Source: Octopus bimaculoides (Eukaryota). From it: a DNA stretch of 39,593 nucleotides. Made by a program: the position numbers and the translations under genes. The notes under the pieces were generated by a model that searched no databases, was not told the DNA's origin, and saw only the letters and a program-made list of their open reading frames with translations. The first letter of the stretch is position 1; each line of letters starts with the position of its first letter. Shown here in pieces: positions 11,201 through 22,900 of the stretch. The stretch covers positions 16,904,260-16,943,852 of the forward strand of contig NC_068984.1 of NCBI RefSeq assembly GCF_001194135.2. Direction: 5' to 3'.

Positions 11201-14200
11201 CCAGCTAGAAAGTGTAATGATGATTGCTTCCGATAGGATCCTTATAGGGGAGGTGCCTGAAGACTCTATCTCTGCCCCCTCATGATCCTTCCAGGAAAAG
11301 TGAACAGAGAAAATAGATGGATGGATAAATGAAATAAAACACAAACTTCTATTTTTACTTTACTTTGCCATTTTGCAAAGATTAACAAATACAAGTGTAT
11401 AAAATGACAATCATCATCATCATCATCATTTAACAGCCATTTTCCATGCTGGCATGGGTTGGGCAGTTTGACTAGAGCTGGCAAACCGGAGAGCTGCTCT
11501 AGGCTCCAGTCTGATTTGACATAGTTTCTACAGCTGGATTCCTTTCCTAATGCCAACTACTTTACAGAATATGCTGGGTGCTTTGGGGAAAAAAAAACTT
11601 TCAAAAATACAAAACGATACCCTACAAACCTCTTTGGAACTTTTCCGTTGAACTGGAAGAGAAGTTTTAGAACCAAATGCTATCAGCTTCTTTGTCTTTG
11701 AATCTAGGTAAAGAAAGAAATAAAATCAAAATGTTGACTGTTAACATGTATTTTCTTGGATACCTGTTTGCATCCAATTTACAATGTTTTTCGTATTCCA
11801 CAAACTCAAGATTTTGCATGAATTGTTCAATGGGAAGCCTCTACAAGTCACTCAATCTGCTAGAAATGCAACTAAAATCTCTCTTAAATCCCCCAAATCC
11901 ATTTAAAATATATAATTAAAAAAATATTAAAATATATAAAAAAAATTAATATTGTAGTATGGGTTACACTATGCATAGAAAACAACGATAGGATGGTCAT
12001 AGCTGGAATGTCTTTAATTATAGATTTGCTCAGTCAGAACTGATTTGAGCTAAGTAACAACCTTCCATCATCAGCTATGAAGTATGACTAGAATCTGATT
12101 TCAGCAATCTGAACTAATTTTAATTAAGCACAGTATACTAATTGTGTGGTAAGCTGGCAGAATCATTAGCATGATGGGGAGAATGCTTAATGGCATTTCT
12201 TCCAGTTCTGTACATTCTGAGTTCAAATCCTGCTGAGGTCAACTTTGCCCTTCATCTCTTCAGGCTTGATAAAATAAAGTACCAGACAAGTACTGGGATG
12301 GTTAGTCCACATTACTCTGTAAGGAGCCTAGCACTAGTTTCCTGGTTTCTCTGGCATATATATATTCCTCCCTGGACAGGACACTGGCCTGTCGCAGGAC
12401 TACTCATTTTTACCAGCTGAGTGGACTGGAGCAACATGAAATGAAGAACACAATGCATCAATCAGTCCAGGAATTGAAATTACAGTCTTATGATCATGAG
12501 ACTAACACCCTAACCACTAAGCCGTGCACCTCCACATTCTTGGATAGATGTAATCAACTTGTCCCCTCCTTTCAAATTGCTAGCCTTGAACCCTGCAATG
12601 GGTGAGCATCTTGTTCAGAGAGAATGTTGTGATCTTGGTCACTTATATGCCATGGAAACCAGCCTTAAAGTCCTAGGGTTCAAGAAAAATAAGGAAAAAC
12701 CCACATATTTGTAACAGGGTATGTAAAATAGTTATTACAGTAAAGAGGAGACAATAACAATAATTCTTTTCTACTCTAGGTACAAGGCCCGAAATTTTGG
12801 AGGAGGGGGCCAGTCGATTAGATCGACCCCAGTATGCAATTGATACTTAATTTATCGACCCCGAAAGGATGAAAGGCAAANNNNNNNNNNTATGCAATTG
12901 ATACTTAATTTATCGACCCCGAAAGGATGAAAGGCAAAGTCGACCTTGGCAGAATTTGAACTCAGAACGTAAAGACAGACAAAATGCCGCTAAGCATTTT
13001 GCCTGGCATGCAAACGTTTCTTATTTCTTTATTGCCCACAAGGGGCTAAACAAAGAGGGAACAAACAAGGACAGACAAATGGATTAAGTCGATTACATCG
13101 ACCCCAGTGCGTAACTGGTACTTAATTTATCGACCCTGAAAAGATGAAAGGCAATGTCAACCTCGGCGGAATTTGAACTCAGAATGTAAAGACAGACGAA
13201 ATACCGCTAAGCATTTCACCTGGCTTGCTAACGATTCTGCCAGCTCGCCACCTGAGACAATAAGAACAATGAAAAAACAGATGATGTATTATGTATTCTT
13301 CAATCAAACAGTATTTTAACCTGTTTTATACCAACCTATCTGAGACACTATTGGTTCTATGATACCAATTTCTTGTGATCTAAATTAAAACCTTCCATCA
13401 AAATTTCATGTTAATTTATGCTCTGAGCACCAGTTTAAAAATGGTTTCAAATTTTGGCACAAGGCCCGCAATTTCAAGGGAGAGGGTAAGTCAATTATAT
13501 CAACTCAAGTGATACTTATTTTACTGACCCTGAAAAAATGAAGGGCAAAGTCAACCTAAATTCTTCATAAATTTCAAAATTAATCGAAACAAAGGGTTAA
13601 TCTAGACAACTGCTCAACACTTTCAATGTCACACAACCCTCCACCACCAAAGTGCTCACATTTTGTAAAGATATTGATGCTGAATGAGTTTAACAAAGGA
13701 AAATAGATACTTTTGTTAAAACACAATGATCAGATGTGAATGCAGTTGTTGGATATGAATGCACAATAATTGGTATGACAGTACAATTCACACATATGCA
13801 CTCATTCATACAAAAGGATTCCACACAGTTTCTGCCTTAAATTTCACTCATAAAACAGTGGTAAGCCTGAAGCTATAGTAAAAGAATATTTGTCCAATGT
13901 ATCATGCAGTGGTATTGAACCTAGAACCATGTGGTTGTGAATCAAACTGCTTAGCTATACAGCCATGCCGACACATCATCATCATTATCACCATTCAATG
14001 CCTAGCTTTCATGCTGCTGTGGATTAGATGGTTTGAAAAAGTGTGAAGAGTCATGCACCAATGACTACTTTGGCGTGGTTTCTACAGCTGGACACTAAGA
14101 AGAAATACCTGGGCAGTAATTCTAAGACAGAAGTAGATCACCTGTATCTGACATAGAAGATGAATGCTGAAACTCATTTCTGTTGCCTGATGCTTCCCAT

Positions 14201-16850
14201 GAAATATTTCCATTTTCCATATTATTTAACTTTTCTTCATGCTGTATTTTTCTGATGTTGATAATCTGGAGCGAAAAATATGTTGATAATGTAATTTGAT
14301 AAACAAAATCATGTAAGAATGCAATTCCTTTAATTTCTATTAATTTATTTACTTCATTTTCATAAAAATTAATTTTCAAGAGAAGTCAATCACAAAAGTT
14401 ATTAACAGGTAAAGTATGAGATTAAAAAAAATAAAATAAAAGATGCAAAACAAGAAAAAATAAAAAGCAATTTTATTTACTACAACAGTCTGTTTTTTTT
14501 CCATACATCTATCAATCATCATCATCATCGTCATCATCATTTAATGTCCATTTTCCATGCTGGCATGGATTGGACAATTTGAACGAAAACTGGTAAGCTG
14601 CACCAGGCTCCAATCTGATTTGGCATGGTTTCTACAGCTGGATGCTTTTCCTAATGCCAACCACTCCAAGAGTGTAGTGGGTGCTTTTTGTGCCACCAGC
14701 ACAGGTGCCAATTACAAAACACCAGCATTGGTTTTGACTATGATTTCACTTGGCTTGGCAGATCTTCTCAAGCACAGTATATTGCCAAAGATCTCGGTCA
14801 TTTGTCACAGCTTCTGTGAGACCCAAAGTTTGAAGGATGCTTTTTACATGCCAGTATCAAGTAAATAAAAATCTTTAGTCCTTGATTCATAAATACACAA
14901 TGCATTTCTGTTTTTTTCCTACTTCTCTCATTTGGTCTTCCTAGTTCCTTCATAATTTGACTGAAAATCATTCCACCAAATTTTTAAGTTCTCAGCCATA
15001 TTATGTTTCATCCTTAAATTGCAATCCCCATGTCTTTCTGTTAACTACTGTCTTCCAAGACGCCAAACATTGAGACAAGGTCTCAGATTTAAAATGAGTA
15101 TGAGAAAATGAAGTTGTGATGTTCATGTCTTTTATAAAAATAGAGGCAAATATTTGTGTGATAAGATGGCTGCAAGCAGCAGTGAAAGCCAGAGCAGAAA
15201 TCCAGACCAAAGATTAAGTGTTCTACCACACTTGTAAGTACTCCACAATTATATTTAACATCATGAGTGGATTCAGTAGACTGTCATATGTATGTATATG
15301 CATGCATATATGTGTTTGTCTGTTTGCTTACATCTTCAATCACTTGTATGAAAGTGTGGTGTTGTGGTGTTATCAATAAATCATTCAGGCACTCTATGCC
15401 ATAAAGGAATAAACAACAGCTTACTTGAAAAACAGGTAAGAGTTGATATTAGAAAGGGTGTCTGGTTGTAAAACAATTCCTCAAATATAACGTGTCTTGA
15501 ATGGCACAACAATGCAGAGTGGACTATAATAACTGTTATAATTTAATTATCCATAGTCTGATATAATAATATTTCGGAATATAAAAATGCCTTCTTCAGA
15601 TATCGCTAGGAATTGATTGAGTCACTGCTATAATCGGTTTTCTAATGGTTACTGAAATTTTTTTTTTCCAGAAGTGTCTCTGCAGTGGTCTCATGAAACT
15701 CCTTCTGGAATTCCTCAGGAGAAGTGCATGAGGGCAGCCATGTTTCAAGCTCATGTGTGTTGGCACATCAGCAGCGCTGCTTTTAAGTTATGTATTATAC
15801 ATGTAATTTCTTTTTATTTGTTTTTTTTTTTATAATACATGAGCATGTTATCAAAAATGAACCTACACACATCCAGATGTAGCTAAATTCCTCAAATATT
15901 ATAGTTGTCCAACCTATGCAAGAATGAAAAATGGAGTTTAAACAAATGCTAAGACTGTCTAAATTATATGAATCACCAAATATAAGAAACCAAGATGAAA
16001 CATAAAAATGAGTCTGAGGTTTGCATAAATCAAACTTTTATGTAAAAATAAATTACATAAGTCTATCTGACATCCAAGCTTACAATGACCCCATTTCACT
16101 TAGGCTAAAGCCACATCACTCTATAAATTAATTAAGATCAATAATTCGTATTTTGGGCCTCACAGAGGCGATGATTAGTGACCAAGACTTTTGGCGATAT
16201 GCTGTGCTTGAGAAGATCCATCAAGCCAAGTGAAATCATAGTTGTGGCCAATGCTGGTGTCACATAACTGGCCCCCATGCCGGTAGCATGTAAAAAGCAC
16301 CTTTCAAGCGTTGGGCCTCAAGGAAGCAAGGTGGCCAATGCTGGTAGCAGGTGAAAAGCACCCTTTGAGTGTTGGGCCTCACAGAGGCAATGGTGAATGA
16401 CTGAGACCTTTGGCATTATAAGAAGATCCATCAAGCCAAGTAAAATTGCAGTCATGGCAGATACTGGTACACACAAATGACATCCCTGCTGGTGGCACAT
16501 AAAAGCACCCATTACACTCTCAGAGTGGTTGGCATTAGCAAGGGCATCCAGCCATAGAAACAATGCCAAATCAGACTGGAGTTTGGTGCAGCGTTCCAAC
16601 TTGCCAGCCCTGGTCAAACCGTCCAACCCATGCCAGCATGGACAATAAACGTTAAATGATGATGTTGATGAGTTGATAAAGAAATCTAGAAATAAAAAGT
16701 AAAACATAGTGAAGGGAAAGATTATTAAAAAAACCAATCTTACTTGAGTAGAAGTCTGTACATCATTGACAAACTGACATTGTTTTGGGATATAGTCAAA
16801 TTCCAGCTGACAATTGCCAACATCTTCTATGAAAATAAATATAAGGGTTT

Positions 16851-16924
<74 letters not shown>

Positions 16925-19900
16925 TGCACAAATATTCATACATACACACACAAACACAAATATACATATATGAAAGAAAAATAGTCAATGTTTTAATTAA
17001 ACCTTATCTTGTAACCTGCCAGAAAAATGTTAGTTTTAACACACCACTGATCTGGCAGATGTATCTTAAAATCCAGAAACCTCATACCTCTGGTCTTCAC
17101 ACAGCAGAACATTGGCAAACTTCTCCCTTTATGCTCCCCCTCTAGCTAAATATACCAATTGCTTACCTTCTTTTCTATCCACCAGTTGTCCAGACCTTCC
17201 AGGCCTATTTCTTGGCTCTATTACTTCACTGTTTCACCACTATGTCACGCTAGGTCAGGGTGGGACTTTGCACCAGCCACAAATTTGGTCTGTGGCTCTC
17301 AGTAAGGTGTCCTATAGTAGGAACTTTTCATTGTCCTCTATATTAAATGTCTCTATTTCCCTATGCTTTAATTAGGATGTCTCTAAATCTCTGACTGTTC
17401 AAAAGATCCTTAAGCTTCCATATCTTCTTTTTCCAGACTGGTATGCTTCTGGGCGTCTTTCTAGCCAAAAGTATGAAGTCACTAATGACTAACCTATGTT
17501 AAGGAGTACGAGTGTCTTTGCATTTATGAGCAACTGTTTATCCTGCTTTCTGGTGAGAACATAGTCAATCTGGATTGTGGCTTGTGCAGTCACCAGAGTG
17601 ACAGGTGATCAAGTGACTGGCTGGTTTCCTGAAGTCAGTGTTGTAGATCTTAGGTCATTTGCATCACAAAACTCCAATAGCTTCGTTCTATCCTCATTTT
17701 GGACACCAAATCATAGCTTCCATGCACACCATCGAAGCCACCAGGATGGTACCCAACATGCCCATTGAAATCACCAACCATGAAGATAGGACCGTTGTCA
17801 TTAATCACTGAAGTAGTCAGCTATAATAATTTATTTTTTAACCCTGTGTAACCTCACTAATAAACAAAAGCTAAAACACAAATCCTACAGAGCTAATGTT
17901 GTATCATATTTAATGTTCTATTATATCTAATTATTTTTACAGGTCATGGAATATTTAAAAATTTGCCAATAAATTTGCCATAAAATTAAAACATAATCTA
18001 GCACAAATTTTTCAACTGAAATGAAATTCAGTTCTACCCATTTAATATCACAGAAGGAGATAGATGGATGCAGCTGTTTGGACACTGATGATTTGCACAG
18101 CAGACTGGACATTCAGCCTGTTTTGGTGACAGTACTTTTTGGCACTGGAGGGAAGCAAACAAACACACACGTGCATGCAGAGAGAGAGAGAGAAAGAGAG
18201 TAGAATTTATTGAGTGAGATTGACACAAACACTTTCCCTCTTTTTGTATAAAGAGAAATATGCCCACATATGTAGAAAAAGAGGTAGAGATTAGGAGAGA
18301 AGAATGAGAGAAATATTAAAACGTCTGATGTCAAATAAGTCAGCATCGAATCAGCAATGCCAAATACATAGTGCCAAAATGGCTATGCCAAAATGGCTGT
18401 GCCAAAATGGCTGTGCCAAAATGTCTACAACCAGATCAATATTAAATGATCATGTGAATATGATTATGAATCTTGGTTATTTATTTTGATCATGCCACAC
18501 ATAGAATAAGAGGACACATTAATAAAAACAGAGGAAAACTAACCATTCTCATCTGGCGTCTCATAGGGTGGTAACTTCATGGTAAAAATGCGTCGAAGAC
18601 GACATGAGGCAGACACAGTGATGATGTCAACAGCTTTAAATGTCTGATTTTTCCAAAGATCATTTACTGCGGAGACTAAATCAACACAGAGGTTAATCCA
18701 CTGAAACAAAACAACAAATAAATTATTGTAATGTTTTTAAAATAATTATTGCCACAAGAAAATCAGGAAACACTTAATCTGAGATTACCTCATTGATACT
18801 GAATGAGATATCGCAAGACAGAGATTGTAATACGTAGAATAAAACTTGAAGTTTAAATCAAATGATTTCTACTTACCACACCTCTCTTGATTTTCAACAA
18901 AGGCACTTTGGCATGAAGTGGGGTACATTGGATCTCTCTTTGTGCAGTTGACAGCAATATTCTTCGCTTGTTATTCCCAAGGTCAATTAAACTGGAAAAT
19001 TAAACATTGAATAAAATTTACATATTAAACAACAGCCACGATAATTTTTTAAAATATTAGCCACAGGCTAAAATTGTATTGTTTTTTTTGTTTTTTTACC
19101 ACATAATTTATTGAATTAGCTTACCAATATATTTTATATTAACCTTTTAGCATTTAATTAGACCATATCTGGCCTAAATATTCAAACTGGCCAGATCTGA
19201 CCTCTCACACTTATTTTACAATGTTATTCTAAAAATAAACAATCGCATCAACAAAATTTCGAAGCTATGAGATAATGTATGATTAATTCAAAACAATATG
19301 AACAAGAGCACTCAGAGAGTGCAAACTTCTGCCAAAGCAACACCAACATCCTCTCAACGATTAGCCGAGATGATTTATAAAATGAGAATATCTGAAATAA
19401 ACTCAACTGCTCTCACAAACAAGAATACTAAAAATGAACCTGACTGCTCTCAAAAATTAAGTAAAAAAACAGGAAAAATAATCCAGAATCCTTGTCTGGT
19501 ACCGGATCAATCCCAAAATCTAATCAGTTCGTGCCAGTCACAAGGCCAAACATCCCTGAAAGTTTCATCCAAATCCATCCAGCAGTTCTTGAAATATCTT
19601 GTCCACAGACAAATAAACAATCAAACAAGCGCGACTGAAAACAATACCTCTGCCTTCGCTAAGGCAGAGATAATAAATAAACATTACATTTTACAGAGTA
19701 CTTTGAATGCTAGATGGTTAAACATGTCAACAGTAATGATCTTTCAATCATAAGTACAACATCCTAACCACAAGGCCACAGGCATTCACCCCCAAGATCA
19801 TACCTTGTCTTAAAAAGTGACACTGGTACAATGTTCTAAATAAAATAATGGAACGGTCATTACTAGAATACCTTAGATCATAGGTCTAACCGAGCTAAAT

Positions 19901-22900
19901 TACAACACAAAAGTTGCTGTGAAGTTGTTACTCATGACTATTCAGTTTAGTCATTTAACACATTAGATTTCCACTCATGGGACTTCATAAAGTATTTGCC
20001 TACTTCAACAGGCGTCCCAACCCTAATCCTTCACCTAACAAGCAGAAGGATTGGAATGGCAGTTTGGGTACAAATATACTGGGTACAAATATACTGAGTC
20101 TTACCCAAGTTCAAGAGAGAAGTCTTGGCCTCTTCCCAAGAATAACTGGAATATTAAAAAGTGCTGGATCAAAACCACTGAAAATAAAAAATATAATTTA
20201 ATTTGTTAAAAATCACTACAATGCTTGTTTTTCTTCAAATTGGCTTAGGTTTGATAGGTATTCAAATCATTACTCCATGAATAGTTAATGTAGCTAGATG
20301 CAGCTGCATGATTACTAATTATTTTCTACTTAGATTAATTAGTTAAAGTTACAAATGATTAAATGATTTGTATTTTCATTGCTTGCAAGTAAAACAATTG
20401 TAAAGTTTTTTACTCTCTCTCTTTCTCTCTCTCTCTTTGTGTCTCACACACACACATACACATACATGCATATAAATGCACATTAACACAATTTAAAAAA
20501 ATATTTTTGTATCAAAAGCTCAATAAGTACAGCCTCTATCTTGAGTCTCTCATTACTAATTACCTCACTGATGCTGTCAAGAAAAGAGATAAGATGTACT
20601 TTTTCCTTCATCAGTTTGAATTTATGATAAATGGTACATCACATTAAGTACTTAATGTGATTAGTATGACATCAGCTCACACTAATACTTTCAACATCTC
20701 ATTAGCCATTCTTGAAAATCTTGTCATTTTCTGTTTTCATTTCCCCACTTGTTCAGAGTGTCTCAAATACCTGACCTCACATTTCATTTCCTTAGGATAA
20801 GTACTCCTTGTCTCATACATACTTCTTCTTTAGTAATCTCTTGTAGATACACATCTGCATCTTATTCCACACTATTGTTTGCTCCAGTGAAATTTTTGTT
20901 TTGTAAATGGTAGATATTTATCTGCTATAATGGAAAATCTTAAAGAATCTATTTGACTGATTTACTTTCAAGCAAAATTAGTGAAACTTAAATAATTCCA
21001 GTCTATAATTTCAAAAAAAAAATCAATACAAATATCTTAGAAATCTAACTCATATAAGTGAGTAACACACACACAATTCTATGAATAAAATATATATTTT
21101 TGATAAGCAGTATTCCACAATGAAATTATTCAATATTTCTAGACTTGCTCAAAAACAATTTTGTAGTTTATACTCCAGGAGAGAACATACAGATATAAAT
21201 TCTGATTTCGACCTAGTTAAATCTCTTTAACTTCAGTGCAATTAGAATTATGCATGTTCTTTTATCTACATCATAAACTGATATATTTTAGATATTGATT
21301 TGTATATAAATAGCCAGACTAAGAGAACATATTTGGTTCTCATAGAACTTAATTTGATGGAACCCAATTAGGTTGAAAGGGTAAAATCACAATCATTCAG
21401 ATGTTAGCTCTCACTGCATGTGATTTCTCATGAGCTTAACCTTAAAATTGATTTAAAGTGAAGTAAACAATACTACAAGGAACATATATTGAATGAAAAT
21501 AAATTAATCTGTTACAACTAAGTTCTACAAAAAAAAATTTTAATAATTGTATATAAAGTTCACACTTACATGACTGGCGAGAATCTTTTGGTAATATCAT
21601 TTTTGTTGTACTTGTGCTTCCTTCCAGATTATAAATATACCCTTTGACTTCTTTTTCATAAATCTAGAAATAAGCATAATGATTCTTATGAAACAAAATT
21701 TTAATATATTTTAATCCATTTAGTAGCAATTTACCGTAGACAATTTTTGGTTTCATAATAAAAATTATCTACAAACCTTTGTCCTCACTCCTTTTTGTTT
21801 TATTTTGTGTACGTATATGGTGTGGAGGCGCAATGGCCCAGTGGTTAGGACAGCGGACTCGAGGTCATAGGATCGCGGTTTCGATTCCCAGACCGGGCGT
21901 TGTGAGTGTTTATTGAGCGAAAACACCTAAAGCTCCACGAGGCTCCAGCAGGGGATAAGTAGCAAACCCTGCTGTACTCTTTCACCACAACTTTCTCTCA
22001 CTCTTACTTCCTGTTTCTGTTGTGCCTGTAATTCAAAGGGTCAGCCTTGTCACACTGTGTCACGCTGAATATCCCTGAGAACTACGTTAAGGGTACACGT
22101 GTCTGTGGAGTGCTCAGCCACTTGCACGTTAATTTCATGAGCATGCTGTTCTGTTGATCGGATCAACTGGAACCCTCGACATCGTAAGCGACGGAGTGCC
22201 AACAATGTATATGGCATATATGTCTGCTGTCTTTTATCTTTTATCCATTTTCAACAAGTTGTAGTACATCTGAGCACACTATACAATAAGAAGGTTGTCA
22301 GCATTATCATGATTATTATAAATTTTATGGAAGAATATCTTATATTGCAAACACAAGATCGATAATGACAGTTATTTTATTAAAATCTTTCCTTTTTTTT
22401 TCCAAAAGAAATTGAAACAAAAGATGGTGCCTTTCATTACAGATATAATCACAGAATGGTTAAATGAATTTACGAATTAGGAATGGAAAAACAATAAATA
22501 AAATAAAAATGGATATCTTGAAATTGAATGAGCTTTAACTGTAAATAATATTCTTTATAAAGAAAATATTTCTAGATTAATTCTAAAATAATTTAGGATT
22601 TTATACTCCAAGAGAGAACATAGAGAACATCTATAAACTTAAGAATTCTCATTTCAACCTAGTTAGATCTCTTTAGCTTTGGTGCAGTTAAAAGCATGCA
22701 TGTTCTCTTATCTACATCATAAACTGATGTATTGTAGATATTGATTTGTATTTAAATAGCCAAACTAAGAGAACATATTTGATTCTCATAGCACTTAAGC
22801 TGATGAGATTCAATAAGGTTGAAAGGCTGAAATCACAATCATGCCCTCTCCACATATTCTCTCTAATGAGTTCAACCTCAAAATTGATTTAGAGTAAAGC

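Noticed and set aside
12833-12938. 48-bp exact duplication on both sides of a 10-N gap
   Set aside because: Typical overlapping-contig scaffolding artefact, not a biological repeat.
16318-16929. 203-aa minus-strand ORF as a separate gene
   Set aside because: Only 16744-16826 is exon 7; the rest is microsatellite and RTE tail.
16150-18427. CRISPR-like reading of the ~65-bp modules or the 14-bp array
   Set aside because: Eukaryotic context, no unique spacers of constant length, no cas genes.
19298-19753. 151-aa plus-strand ORF
   Set aside because: Coincides with a non-autonomous repeat, antisense in an intron, with no protein motif.
21225-21285. C/D-box snoRNA reading of copy A (ATGATGT...CTGA on the minus strand)
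   Set aside because: Only about 50 nt, and the D box is not conserved in copy B.
21825-21900. tRNA gene
   Set aside because: A/B boxes are present, but it continues into a SINE body with a TSD; no full cloverleaf. The same applies to the other SINE heads.
22795-22835. Hammerhead-like core CTGATGA...GAAA in repeat copy B
   Set aside because: Stem II is weak, no stem I/III with an NUH site could be built, and copy A has TTGATGG.
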